Shown: positions 24,575-37,520, counted from the stretch's first letter. The stretch is DNA of 64,000 bases from Lama guanicoe (GCA_013239625.1 MU053934.1:11815559-11879558); one strand, 5' to 3'. Notes: a model not told the origin generated them from the letters alone. Numbers and translations: made by a program.

Positions 24575-26050
24575 CATCCTTCTCTCTCGCCACACGCAGA
24601 AATTAGCTTGAGGTGGATCATGGAGTCAGACAGAAAAACAAAATCACAAAGCCTTAAGACAAGCCGCAGGAGAACACCACAACGACTTGAGGGTAAGCAG
24701 AGGTTTCCTACAAAGGTCGTAGGAGGCGATGACCGCAAGAGAGAGCACTGACAAAGGGGCATCCTTGGGAGCATGAGCTTCTGCTCATCGAAGACCTCTG
24801 CTGCAAGCAGACGGCGGGAGAAACATTTGTGAGATGTGTATCTGACAAAGGACGTGTGTCTGAATGGGGCAAGAAACACATACCTCTCAGTTATAAAAGG
24901 ACAAATAACCCAATGAAAAACGGACAGAGGGCTTCCAAAGTCTCCACCCAGGAAGCCATGCAAATGGGCACTGGACATCCGAGAAAGTGCTTCAGACCAG
25001 TATTCATCAAGGAGACGCGAATTAAAACCCCAGTGAGCTGCCGTCGCACATGCTCCAGAAGAGTTCAGCACACGGGGACCGGCCCTGTCGAGCACCGGCA
25101 AGCATCCGGGGCAAGGAGAGCTCTCCTCCGTCACTGATCGGAATGCGAAGCACCAGGCCTGCTTTGGAAAACGGCTGAGGCATGTCTTACACAGCTGAGC
25201 GTGCAAGTGCTGAGCCAGCAGTCCCACCGCGAGGCACACACCCAAGGGCGAGGAACAAGTGTTGCAAAAAGACTTGCCCCCGAGTGCTCAGAGCCGCTTT
25301 GTTTACAATACGTAATTGTCTGTCTGATGCAACTGTCCAGCAGCAGCAGAACAGATATGAATTTAAATCTCAAAGTATGCAGTGTTGGCAGGATGCGGAG
25401 CAACTGCAACTATTTATGCACCATCGAGCAATCACTTTGGAAAATAACTTGTCAAATAGAGTGAGCTTGAGCGTGATTTACGTTCCGGCAATGCCACGTC
25501 TTGGTTTGAGATCCAGCACGTTCCCTGCCTGGAGAGATGTGCAAGGAAGTTCACAGGCGTCTCGTGCAGGAAAGCACAAAGCTAGAGCACTGGAGAGAAC
25601 CCAGATGTCCAGCGATCGCGGAGTAAGTAAGTGAGATACGTTTATGTATTCACGCGAAGGAACATGCTCTGTCCGCGAGTGTGAACGCATTTCAGCGACA
25701 GGCGGCAGCAGCCACTTTCCGTCAGGAGCACAACCACCTTAAGAACTGGCCAGTCTTAGACATGGTTCCACTTGATACGGAGTGATTGTCTTTCGCGGTC
25801 CAAAAACATGCCGAAATACGCCGTATCCTGTTAGGACTGCGTGTGCAAACTTGTACTAGCGATAAAGACAGGTGGCGGGGACACAGCTCTCGGGACACCT
25901 GCTGCGGCCGAGGTGGGACGGGGCAGGGTGCACGGGGCTTCCAGGCAGCGCTGGCCGCCGACACTAGGTGAGGAGGTGACACAAGGTGCTCACCGCGGTG
26001 TTGCCCTAGACCCCGTGAGACTTAAAGCATCCGCCCCACGCCGATGCCCT
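24575..26050 (+). mobile_element. Old LINE-1 ORF2 3' end and 3'UTR (L1M-type), GC-shifted
   Basis: aaattagcttgaggtggatca, gagaaacatttgtgagatgtgtatctgacaaagga, acaaataacccaatgaaaaacgg, attaaaaccccagtgagctg, gctttggaaaac in the expected L1 order. Confidence 0.75.
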
Positions 26051-26739
26051 TCTCGGCAGAGCGAGTGCCTCTACTTTCCACGCTGTTGGCATCCGTGCAA
26101 ACATTCGCATTCAAATCACCACTCATCCCCCCTGACCGCAAGCTCATCGCAATTTAAAAAGAGAAGGAAAGTATCGAGTTGCAGTGCGTGATCTCCACAC
26201 GGCCTTGGAGTAAAACATCCACTCATTTCTGATTCGCATGGAGGCAGATGCTGCCCTTCCGCCTTCGAAGGCGCTCAGCCCACCACACACCCCCCACCGC
26301 CCGACCGCAGAGCCCCCGGCGCCTGCTGGCCGCAGAGGCGAGCGGACAGCCCTGGCGGGCACGCACCTGCGGGGAGGGGTCGCACCCGGCGCAGGTGTGC
26401 CAAGGCGGCGCAGGCACCGGGCCGAGGGCGCGCCTCCGCCCACCTTCTGCCGACGCGCAGAGGCTGGTCCGACCCCGAGGACCCCTCGGGTGCGGTCTTC
26501 ACCTGTCCATGGTCCCGATTCCTCATGTCTTTTCAGACCCAGCCAACCCTCTCACCTGCTTCTGAGTTAGGAGCCCTCCTCTGAGGCCCTGCCAGGCCTC
26601 CGTCCACGGTCCCCACAGTGTCACCGCATCCCCCGGCAGGACTGTCAAGGAGAACACTTATGCTTTTTTCAACGTTTCTGACGAGGTCAAGGAGAAATTC
26701 TCAACCGTGTGACTTTGCTAATATCCCTCGAAGTGACAC

Positions 26740-27080
26740 GCTGGTGTCCTAGGCCCTGGTGCCTAGAGTGCAACTGTTTGGAAACAGGGTCCTTGCCGAT
26801 GTGACCAGGTGACGATGATGTCATCAGTGCAGGCCCTTAATCTAATGTGAAAAGGGGAATTCGGACACACAGAGGGCCACGGGATGACGAGGGCCCAGCC
26901 CAGGACGCCTGGGGCCCTAGGAGCTGGAAGAGGCAGGAAGGCCTGTCCCCGGGCCCTGGAGGGAGCAGGGCCTGCGACACCGTGATCCAGGGCTCCCGGC
27001 CTCCGGCGCGTGGGAGGACCGGCCCCCATTGCTGAAGCTGCCTTGTGTCAGTGTGTCAGGCAGCCCCAGGAAGCTGTCAG
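26740..27080 (+). mobile_element. MLT1 (B/C-like) MaLR LTR
   Basis: tttggaaacagggtccttgccgatgtga...aggagctggaagaggcaggaagg...ggagggagcagggcctgcgacacc...gcagccccaggaagct. Confidence 0.8.
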
Positions 27081-27685
27081 AATCCCTTTTGGCGAGGGCT
27101 GGGGGTGCCAAGCGCAGCACACAGCCGCCCACAGTGTCACCCAGGTGTCATCGAAGGCCCTGTGTCCCCTGCTCGTGCCTTCACGGGGGACCCTCCTCAG
27201 GGCAGGGCCACTAGGTCTCCACTTAGAGGGAAACTTAAACTTTCTCCTCGCTTACATGAATGTGTCTATGGCTTTAAAAGGAAGTCAGTCCCAGGCAAGC
27301 AGCATCAGCCAGGAGGGCGGCCAGCACAGCCACCGCCCACGGGAGGAGGGGCCTCCTGTGCCCTGGGCACTGCCGCCCATGGGGCCGCCAGCTCCTGCAG
27401 GAGGGCAGATGGCCGCGAGGACCACACCCCTCCCTGGGAACAAAGACGCCCCAAGCACATGTCCCGTCCGGAGCTCCGAGGCCGCCTGGGGAGGACCAGA
27501 GGCCCCAGAGGGTGGGGAGGGTGGGGAGGGCCCCCGGGGGCTGAGGCCACTGCAGGCTGGGAGGGGAGGTCAAGGCACAGGAGGTCACTTGTCCAGGTTT
27601 CACTCACAGCCCCCCACGGTCTGATTATGTGGACTTGACCTGACCTTGGAGGGAAGACACCCAGTGTGCTCACAACCAAAAGCGG

Positions 27686-27826
27686 ACAGAGACAGAGAGA
27701 GACAGAGACAGGGAGACAGGGAGAGGCACAGAGACACAGAGGCAGAGAAAGACAGAGACACAGAGACAGAGACACAGAGAGGCACAGAGACAGAGAGAGA
27801 CAGAGACACAGAGACAGAGAGACAGG
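27686..27826. repeat. Purine-rich (GACAGA/GA/CA) compound microsatellite
   Basis: gacagagacagagagagacagagaca... tandem units. Confidence 0.95.
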
Positions 27827-29699
27827 GAGCAGGGGTCTCTCCCCGTGCCCTGACGGGCAGCACGTGCTGGACCCCCTCTGAGGCGCTGGCCCAGGGCGTG
27901 CTCTGCCTGGGGGACCCCAGAGGGCCCGGTCCCTGAGACTTTGCAGGGAGGAGACGCACCACCCCCCAGGACCCCGACGCTGGGGAGAGCAGGACCTCAC
28001 GCCCCCACCAGGCCTGCAGCCTTCAGAGCCTGCGACTACACCCGCCAGGTACAGGAGCCCCAGCGTCCTCCCCACGGGGACAGCTCCCCAGGGCTCCAGG
28101 CCCCCAGGGCCCGGTTCCTTTGCTCCTCGGGGACTTGCCTGGGTGACAGCATGGAAGAGAAGGCACAGGCCTGGCCCGCAGGCAGCACCCCCCACCCAGG
28201 ATACCCCAGCATCTGCTCTGCCTGCCTGCCTGCATCCCCACAGCAGGTCTCCGGGTGGCCCTGCGAGTCTCGGCTCCCACCTCTGACCACCGTGAATTCA
28301 GGGCCTGACCCCAGGTCCCAAGCGCCCACCCTGTCTTCAGGAAGAAGGGCCCCAGCTGAGTCCAGGCTCCAGGACTCTCTGTCCAGCCTGGCCGTCCAGC
28401 TCCCTGTGTCAGGATGGAGGTGGGTGAGGGGCTCTGAGCCCCCCGACAGGTGCTGCATCCGCACGTCCAGGCCTCTCCTGTCTCTTTGGCCAGCCTTCAC
28501 CTGTGAGTCCATGGGAGGCTCCTGGGCCCATCAAGGCAGGACAAGTGTGAGGGTGAGGGGGACAGGCCACCCCAGGGAGAAGGGGAAGGGCCTGCGCCCG
28601 CAGTAGGACAGTGTCAGACGTGTGCGGTGGCTGGTGTGGGCTGGCACGGTGGTCACCACCCCACCCCTCTGCTTCTCCAGCTGGGCTGCCTGGGTGCTGC
28701 CAGGGACAGGGAGGGTCACCCTGGGGGGCACGCAGGCCCTGGGGGAGATGGCAGGAGGGAGCCCAGCATGCGGGGTGGGCGTGTCCAACACCAACGCCCC
28801 CCACCACCCAGCCCAGTGTGTCCCCGGCCGTGCCTCCCTGTGACCGGGGGTCCGGGACTCCTGTAGTGTCTGCTCACTCGGGGTCTGGCTCCCGGAGCCT
28901 TCCCCACCCAGCAGAGGAGGGACGGGGTCGGGGTGCGTGCACAGTGGTTCTGAGCTGGGGCCCAAGGCAGCCTTTCCCCACAGGCACCTGGGAAAAAGTC
29001 CTGAACCCACCTGGCAGGGACAGTGGGCCACTGGGGACGAGGTTTCGTCACCTCAGGACCCCACTGTCCCCCCAGCTGTGTGCGGCAGAGGCTCCGTCAC
29101 CACCAAAATCACACTGTCCCCAAGAAAGGAGGGACAGCTGGGGCCCCTGGTGGGACTGCAGCACCCAGGATCCTCTCTGGTCTCTGCACTTTTTCTTTTA
29201 AGGATTCAGTCTTTTTCTCCCATCAGAAGCCATCCAACTCTAGAGAGGTGGGCCCTGCAGAAACTGTTAGCAGGGCTGCGATCCCACCCAGGGTGGGTGC
29301 CCCAGGGCCCTGAGCTCCCGGCCTACCGGGGTTCATCTGGGGCACAGAGACCGCCCGCGGTGCCCTGAGTGGGGAGCCTCCCCTCTGGCTCCTGGGCCCT
29401 CGGACAGGGGGACGTGTGTTGGGGGCAGGGGTGCTCTGGACGGGCAGCATCCTTCTTCTGGGGACATCGTCTCCCCCTCCAGCCTCTCCTGCCCCTGGGG
29501 GCACGGGCCCCTCTCTGGGCTCCGGGACAGAGGAGCGGGTGGGGGCATCGCCCGGCCAACAGGAAGCCCACGTGCGACGTGATGCCGCAGGGACAGGGGA
29601 GACCGGGACCGGCTCCCAGACCAGCTCTGTCTTGGCCAGAAGAGGGGGGCCCCCCAGGACAGCCCGGAGCCCCGTCTCCTTGGCAGCCGGACCCGGTCT

Positions 29700-30360
29700 G
29701 ATTTTCATTCTTTAAGGCTCCTCTCGGCTGAGCTCAGTTAATTACAAAGCTAGTTCGCACTCCGTTACTTTCGTTTGCCTCCGCCTCCCGGTGCGGGGCA
29801 ATTAGGCCCCGGCATTCAGGCACAGCGGAGCGTGACCGGAGCCCCCGCCCGCCCTGGCGAGGGGCGACGGCGGGCTGCGGGCGGGTGACGCGCTCCCCCC
29901 CGGGCCGGGCGCCGGCGGCCCCGCCACGGTCACGCGGGGAAGAGTCCCCACAAATTAATCAGCAATTAAACCTTTATTTATAAAAGCGGTCCGGGGATGC
30001 ACAGCTTGTTAAAATGCAGACCATTGTTTCCAGCCCACATTTAAATAAGACGTGAGCAGGAATCCCAGAGACTGACGGCGCGCCAGCCAGAACAGCAAAA
30101 AACAACTTGCTGAATATTAATGAACTGAAAATGTCATTTCTGGTCCAATTACTAGAAGTAATTAGGTTTTTTTTAATTATGGAGGAAGTGGAATTTTAAT
30201 AAGGTCAATTTTACAATTACAGTTTAAAAAATACTAATTGTGTTGTCACCACACCTTATATAATAAATGACATTCACTGGCCAACATCTGTTGATTTTAT
30301 GTAAATAAAGCGAAAGTGTCATTGTGCTGTGTTCTTCGAGGAGGGACAATAAAATGAGAG
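29700..30360. promoter_or_regulatory. Candidate developmental enhancer / conserved non-coding element with GC-rich core
   Basis: Non-repeat AT-rich island; TAATTA at 29739, 30159 and 30174, TAATTG 30235, TGTAAATA 30300; CpG-rich spacer at ~29820-29940. Confidence 0.5.
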
Positions 30361-30894
30361 CGAAACGGTGGGCGACACGGGATGAGGGCTGCCCCCGGGA
30401 GCCCGCGGCCGCGCAGGAAGGGATCGCGTGGCACCTGGTCTGGCGTGCCGTGAATAGGGGGCGTCACAGGTTCCACTCAAATTCAGGCCTCCATCTGAGC
30501 TGCCCTGCCGTTGCCCCAGCCGTCACCAAGGCTCCGCTGGCTCCCCCGCCCAAGCCCGCAGGCTACAGGCAGCGCCCGCCCCTGGCTGGGCTTGAATCCA
30601 GTCCGACCCCTGGGGTCCAGGTCCCGGTCCAAGCGGACCCCTAGACCCTGCCCTGAACTCCTGGGCCCAAACGTGGGGACACATCATGTGGGGGCTGCCC
30701 CCAGCGCACGCCTGACAGACAACGGGCGTGAAGGAGCTGCTCGCAGCCACGTGCTGGCCTGACCACTTCTCTGGTGCTTCATCCACCCTCAAACCAGCCT
30801 CAAGGCATCCACCGTTTCTGCCTCCACTTTGGACACCAGAGGAGCCGGGATCCCAGGACGCAGGCCAGTGGGAGGCAGAGCCAGGCCAGTTCCC

Positions 30895-31403
30895 TTTTTT
30901 TATTAATTTGTTTGCTTGCTTGTTTTTAATTGACCTGCAGCACCTTGTCAGCTCCTGTTACCCAGCATGGGGACTTGTCATTTCCACACGTTTCAAAATC
31001 ACCACCAAGAGAAGGCTGGTTACACCTGTCTCTGCACAGAGACATCACGTGGTTATTGACTTATTCACACCATACATTCCATCCCCGACTCATTTATTTT
31101 GTGCCTGGAAGTTTGTACCTTCTAATCTCAGCCACCTGTTTGTCCTCTGTATCTGTAACTCCTGCTTTGTTATGTTTGTTCATTTGTTTTGTTTTGTTTT
31201 GTTTTGTTGGATTCCACATATAAGTGAAATCATACAGTGTTTGTCTTTCTCTGTCTGACTTGCTTCACTAGCATAGCACCCTCCAGGTCCATCCATGTTG
31301 CCACAAATGGCAAGATTTCGTTCTTCTTCGTGGCTGAGTTGTATTCCATTGTGTACACATACCTTCTCTTTTCCATTCGCCCATGGATGGATATTTAGGT
31401 TGC
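30895..31403 (-). mobile_element. LINE-1 3' end (L1MA/artiodactyl type)
   Basis: Poly-T start; gattccacatataagtgaaatcatacagtgtttgtctttctctgtctgactt...ccatccatgttg...gtattccattgtg...atggatatttaggttg is the classic antisense L1 3' end. Confidence 0.9.
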
Positions 31404-32279
31404 TAAATTCTTGAAAGGAGGAGCTGTGAAAAATTTATGGGTTTTGTTTCTTTTATCTCCCACAGAAAGTCAGGGCTCCCAGGACAGGAAACCCAGAGGT
31501 CAGTGGCTGAGTCAGCAGGCCAAGGGTGCCCACGAGGCCCCTTCCTTTCCCTGTGCAGCACCCTCCTCCTGGATCTCCCCCTAGCCCAGCAGGAAGGCAT
31601 CCACAGCTGCTCCAGACACCACATGCAGAAGCAGCAGCTCCCAGAGACGTAGGAGGGACGTCTCTTTTCGGAGCCCCATCCTGGGGGGTGGGAGATGCCC
31701 CGAGTCCCTCACACCTCTCTCTCCCCCGCCTGCTGGCCACAGGGACAGAGCTCCCAGACCCACGGGCCCATCACGGTTGGCCTCCTGGGCGAGGCCAGGT
31801 CATCAGGAGGGAGGGTCGGGGTGGACACCCAGCTGGAGGACAGACACTCCCCTGGAAGGTTCTGCCTAACCCCTCACAATGGAAGTCCCGGCGTGCTCCG
31901 GCGTCCTGCCCGCCCGGCCGAGGACAAGGCCTGCAGGGCAATTAGAGCCTGATGGACCTCACGGCCCACCCACCACAAGTGCCACGCAGGTCCGAGGGTG
32001 GAAATCTTTAGTGTCCTACAGAGAGCCCCACCTGGCGTCGAGAGCTGTAAACCTCGGTTTAATCTGACGGCCCCACCATCTCCGGCTCCATGGTGGCTCC
32101 GGGCCCCCGCCGGCCTCCTGTGTCATGTGACTGACATGGAGTTATCAGCACCAAGACTCTGGAAGTTAGGGCTCAGCCACTGCACAGTGACCCTTCTGGG
32201 GGCAGGAGAGTGAATAATGTGCCCAGTGAGGTTATTCTCAGATCCTGAGGATAATAAGCCTCGGGGTGTGCTGTGCCAG

Positions 32280-32540
32280 TTTCCACCAGCAACACCACGG
32301 ATCCTGACAACAGAGACCTGGAAACACATCCATGCAGAAGCCGGCCCGAGGATGCCCACAGCAGCCCAGAGGAGGGACCAGCCTAGCGCCCAACAGCGGA
32401 TGAACGTGGTCCATCCACACCCGGGGACGTTACTCAGGAACATTCGCAAGGAGGGAAGTTCTGGCTCACACCGCCGCGTGGATGGACCTTGAGACCGTGG
32501 TGCTCAGTGAAGGAAGCCGGGCACGAAAGGCCATGAGTGT
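32280..32540 (+). mobile_element. L1MB-like 3' fragment, GC-shifted
   Basis: gtggtccatccacac...gtggatggaccttgagaccgtggtgctcagtgaaggaagccgggcacgaaagg resembles the L1MB 3'UTR. Confidence 0.7.
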
Positions 32541-32934
32541 GCCCCGTCTCTGACCGCACACCAGTCCAGGACACATCCTGAGCTTACACTTCAAAGCCCT
32601 TCGTGCTCCAGACTCCAGCGTCCTTCTTAACTTGCCCCCTCAAACCTAGAAGGGCGTGTCCACTGTAAGGCAGCTGAAGCCTCCCACCCACAGCCCCCCC
32701 CAGGCCAGCCCCCACCCCAGGGTGCAGGCTGCACCTCCCAGTCCCCTTCTCCCTCCCCATCCCCACAATGACGCCTTCCTGTCCCTTCCACACGCCTCTC
32801 TCTCTCTCTGCTGGGAACTCTGTCCCAGTCTTCACACGAGTGCGAGCTTCTCACCCACACATCTCCTCAGAGGTGCCCTCCTGACTCTTGGCTAAAGGAG
32901 CCCCCACCTCACTCATGCTGCTTTATTATGGCGT

Positions 32935-33240
32935 GTGTAGCAGTCAGCTCCTGCTGTGTAACAAGCCACCTGAGACAGTAGCTGACAGCCACCACTCACA
33001 GCCACCCGCTGACAGTTGAGGGGTTCTGTGGGAAGCTCTGCCCCAGGTTGGGGTCCCGCAGGGACCATGGGGCTGACACAGTTCTGTTCCCGTCCTCCCG
33101 CAGGTCGTCCCCGAGCACACAGCAGAGAAAGCAGAAGTGAGCTAGGCCTCCAGGCGTGCGCCACCCTCCCTCCGCACTCTGTCAGCCAAGCAAAGCCGGC
33201 CCACACCCCGGCCCTGCGGGGAGGGGACAGTGGTGGGCTT
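32935..33240 (-). mobile_element. Old MLT1 LTR fragment
   Basis: gtcagctcctgctgtgtaacaagccacc start and ccgcactctgtcagccaagcaa resemble older antisense MLT1. Confidence 0.5.
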
Positions 33241-33299
33241 ACCTGGATGCCGACTTCCCTCCCCACCGCTGCTCCTCTGGCCCCACACGCTCCTGGGGG

Positions 33300-33492
33300 C
33301 AGACGAAGGCAGAGGCCGGGTGACGCTCCTACACGCTCAGAAACGGGGTCTCAGGCAGGTTATCCCTCATGGCCCCCAGAAGGCACTTACCCTGCTGACA
33401 CCGAGACCTCAGACTATAAGAGCATGAAATTCTCTTGTCCAAGCCGCCCGGTCTGTGGTGCTTCACTGTGGCCGCCCCAGGAAGCGGACACT
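33300..33492 (+). mobile_element. MLT1 LTR 3' half
   Basis: cccagaagg...accctgctgacacc...aagccgcccggtctgtggtgcttcactgtggccgccccaggaa. Confidence 0.7.
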
Positions 33493-33899
33493 GGCACATC
33501 ACGGCTGTCACGACGGGCACCCAACACTGACCGGGGCCCGGCCCCCTTTGGGTCCCCCATGAGCCACATTACAGCAGAGTCATCGAGCCAGCGTGTCCTT
33601 CCACAGAGCGGGCGGCCCTGGCCTGGCTGCGGGTGCAGCACCCCAGACCAGGCAGCTCACGGGTACACTGAGCAGGCACCCTCAGGTCACGGCCCGGAGC
33701 CCACCAGGGACACGCGCAGTCATTCTGCTGTGCGTCCCTCTCCGCCGACTGTCCAGCCTGTGAGAAGACTGAGCGCGATCATCTCCCCGGAAAATTGCCA
33801 ACGACCCCCATCTCCTTCCACCCGGGCTGCGCCCTGCCCCCCACAGCTGTGCCCTGTCCCCCGCGGCTGCCCGCCTGCCCTCCCTGCCTCCAGCCAATC

Positions 33900-34600
33900 A
33901 GCCGACTTCCCAGCGTTGAAGTCTTTCTTGCCTGTGTGCTGGCTCGAACCTCCAGCGAGCAAGAAGCGGGAAACGCAGAAATCCTGGCTTTCTCCGCAGC
34001 CATAGAGGGAACGTGCCCAGGGCTTCACGTTAACAAAGGTGTTGGCTGCAGGCTTCTCACAGGCGCCTTTACTGGGTTTAGAAAACGCTGTGCCGTGCCA
34101 GCTCTGAGATCTTTTGTCATGAACAGGGGTCGACTGTGTCAAGTCCTTTTTTCTACGTATATTGAGGCCGTCACTTTTTTTCGCCTTTATTTTGTTAACG
34201 TGCTGCGTGACACTGACCGTGGACGTGAAGCAAGCTCACCTTCCTGAGATAAACAAGTGGCCACAGCGTGAGGCTCCGCGTCTCGCTGGAGGGGGGTCTG
34301 AGTGGTCGCTGTTGGTGAAGTGCTTCTGCAAATGCGTGTGTAAGCGATGCCGGCCTCCGAGTCACCGCCGCTGCTGTGACTGCCTCGCGCCTCCTGCCGG
34401 CGTTGCCGGCTCACAGAGTGAGCTGACACTCGCTCTCCTTCGCCGTTTTCCGACGTTGTTTGCTGCTCACATAGTCGACAGAGTTCTCCAGCAAAGCCGT
34501 CTGGAGCCTGATTCTTCTCTGTAGGTAGATTTTGGGCTTTTGTTTGGTTTTTACCGGTTCTGTTTCTATTGCTGACGTGGGGCTACTTAGGTTTTCTACG
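33900..34600 (-). mobile_element. Old LINE-1 ORF2 fragment
   Basis: Antisense ORF2-like order: ctggctcgaacctccag...tgttggctgcagg...gtcatgaacagggg...ttttctacgtatattgag...ttcctgagataaac. Confidence 0.6.
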
Positions 34601-35449
34601 TCCGTCCTGTGAGACGGTCAGCTCCGGGAGAGCAGGGCCGGCCAGAGCGAGGGCAGCGCCCAGCGACTGGGGCCTCGGAGCCGCGAGGGGCGCAGGGCGG
34701 GGCGGTGGGAGCAAGGCCGGTGTCGGGGCGGAAGTGCCTCTCCACGGACTTTGAAATGTCTTAACTTAGATGACTCCAGATTTGGAGACGAAAAAAAATT
34801 GCAGTTACTGAAAATACCTCTCTTGCTGTTAGTTCTTCATTTACAGCTTAGACCCAGGGGCACGCATTGAAAGGCTGCAGTGTTGTTAGCTCCGGGGCTG
34901 GCACCTGATCCAGGATAGTTTAGCCTGGAGCAGAAATTTTATTGCCACGTGATAAAGTCTTTAAAAATAGCGTTTCTCGTAGACAACTTGACAGGAGCTA
35001 CAGAATCTGTCCAAGCGTAATTGTGCTCCCCGAGAGGAGGGCGCTTCCAAGTCAGGAAGCAGCCCTTTCCTGTGTCACCATTTTCTTTTCTCTTTAAATG
35101 AAGGTTTACGTGTCTCGTAAAGCCTGTTCCCACGCACATGTTCACACTTTCAGCTGCAGAGGACGGACTGTAGACGTCAGGGCCCAGGCACCGGGGGCCG
35201 GTCACCGCTGGGTCCGGGCAAGGTGGTCCTACCCAGCGTCAAGCACTCGCCTGCCGGGGCGTCCAGTGTGCTGTCACTGCGCTTTGGGCTCAGGAAAACC
35301 GGCCGTCTCGGGGATGGCGTGTCAGGGTGAGGAAGTGAGCTGCTGAGAGGTGTGCCTGGACGGAGGCGTCCTCCGTCTGCACCTCAGGCTCATTGTGAAA
35401 CCCAGAATCAGGGCAGAGACGGCGGCACATCTGATGAGCAGCAAAGGGC

Positions 35450-35477
35450 CACACACACACACACATACACACACACA
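35450..35477. repeat. (CA)n microsatellite
   Basis: cacacacacacacacatacacacacaca. Confidence 0.9.
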
Positions 35478-35509
35478 TTCTTTCCCTGTCACCATAGCCA
35501 TGGTAACTT

Positions 35510-37038
35510 TTTAAATTTTTATTGAGGTACAGTCAGTTACAATGTGTCAATCTCTAGTGTACAGCATCATGTCCCAGTCATGCATATACATACATACATT
35601 TCATTTTCATATTCTTTTTTATTCAAGATTATAACAAGATATTGAATATGGTTCCCTGTGCCATTCAGAAGAAATTTGGTTTTATCTATCTTTATATATA
35701 GTGGTTAACATTTACAAATCTCAGACTCCTAAATTTCTCCCTCCCCACCCCATTTCCCCCAGTAACCATAAGATTGTTTACTATGTCTGCAAGTCTTTTC
35801 CTGTTTTTTAGATGAGTTCATTACTGTCCTCTTTTCTTTTCTTCTTTTCTTTTTTTAGATTCCACATATGAGTGATATTATGTATCTTTCTTTCTCTTTC
35901 TGGCTTACTTCACTTAGTATGACAAATGGCATGATTTTATTCTTTTTTATGGGTGAGTAGTATTCCATTGTTTAAATATACCACAATGTCTTCATTCACT
36001 CATCTGTCGATGGACATTTAGTTTCCTTCCATGTCTTGGCTACTGTAAATAGTGCTGCTATAAATATTGGGGTGCATGTGTCTTTTGAATTAGGGTTCCT
36101 TCTGGATATATGCCCAGCAGTGGGATTGCTGGATCATAGGATAAGTCTATTTTTAGTTTTTTGAGGAATCCCCATACTGTTTTCCAAAACATCTGCACCA
36201 ACCTGCATTTCCAACAGCAGTGTAGGAGGGTTCCCTTTTCACCACAGCCTCTCCAGCATTTATCATTCATGGACTTTTGAATGATGGCCATTCTGACTAG
36301 TGGGAGGTGATACCTCATTGTAGTTTTGATTTGCATTTCTCTGATAATTTGTGATATTGAGCATTTTTTCAAATGCCTTTTGGCCATCCGTATGTCTTCA
36401 CTGAAGAATTGCTTGTTTAGTTCTTCTGCCCATTTTTGGATTGGGTCGGTTTTGGTTTTTAAGTTGTATGAGCTGCTTATATATTCTGGAGACTAAGCCC
36501 TTGTCAGTCTCATCTTTGCAAATATTCTCTCCCATTCCATAGGTTGTCTTTTTGTTTTGCTTATGGCTTCCTTTGCTGCACAGAAGCTCTTAAGTTTAAT
36601 TAGGTCCCATTTACTTATTTTTGCTTTTATTTCTGTGGCCTGGGTAGAGTTCCCTAGGAAAGCATTGCTAAGATTTATGTCAGAGAACTTTTTGCTTATG
36701 TTTTCATCTAGGAGGTTTACAGTGTCTTGTCTTGTGTATAAGTCTTTAAGCCATTTTGAGTTTACTTTTGTATAGGGTGTGAGGGAGTGTTCTAACGTCT
36801 TTGATTTACATGCTTCTGTCTAGTTTTTCCAACACCACCTGCTGAAGACGCTGTCTTTACTCCATTGTATGTTCTTGCCTCCTTTGTCAAAGATTAATTG
36901 ATCGTAGGTCTGTGGGCTCATTTCTGGGCTCTCTGTCCTGTTCCATGAGCCATGTGTCTGCTTCTGTGCCAGCGCCATGCTGTCTTGTTACTGTAGCTCT
37001 GTAGTGTTGTCTGAAGTCTGGGAGGGTCATTCCTCCTT
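35510..37038 (-). mobile_element. 5'-truncated younger LINE-1 (ORF2 C-terminus + 3'UTR)
   Basis: ORF 36058-36387(-) encodes ...[14 protein letters not shown]...[19 protein letters not shown]...[12 protein letters not shown], the L1 ORF2p Cys-rich C-terminus; poly-T at the left end; candidate degenerate TSD gccatggtaactt (35497) / gtcatgatgactt (37039), 10/13 identical. Confidence 0.97.
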
Positions 37039-37254
37039 GTCATGATGACTTGAACAACTGTAAGTCCAGGGTATTTGGTCCTTTAGGGATTCTGAATGTG
37101 CCAGAAACATACTGGAACCCAGAACCCTGTTTCCTCCTGAAGAGATGGTGGTTTGCTCTGTGTGGTTGAGACCCCACAGCTGGAGGTTAATAGTGAGCGC
37201 CTGGAGCAGATGGAACACCAGCCCCCCTACAGCATCCTCTCCTGAGCCCAGATG

Positions 37255-37520
37255 GACAGGTGTGTCCCCTGACACAGCAAGGGGGGCTTTGCAGCAGGGA
37301 TTAGGGCAACGATATGGGATGGGAGCCCACCCTGGGTTACCAGGGGGCCCAGTGTCATCCCAGGAGGTCTCTGTATAGGGGCAGGGGGTCAGCATCAGAT
37401 AACACATGACGAGGGAGCAGAGGATGGAGTGACAGCTTCGAGGAGCCCCTGACCAAGGCACAGGGCGGCCCTGGGAGCTGGGAGGCTGAGAAGCCGGTAT
37501 ACGCGTAGCCCCTCCCACCA
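37255..37520 (+). mobile_element. MLT1D-like LTR fragment
   Basis: gggctttgcagcaggggattagg...ccctgggttaccagggggcccagtgtcatc...ccaaggcacagggcggccctgggagctgg. Confidence 0.65.

Noticed and set aside
33016..34005. 329-aa ORF
   Set aside because: Runs through MLT1 and L1 remnants; no domain recognised.
36058..36387. ORF with real protein similarity
   Set aside because: It is the decayed L1 ORF2p C-terminus of a truncated copy, not a host gene.
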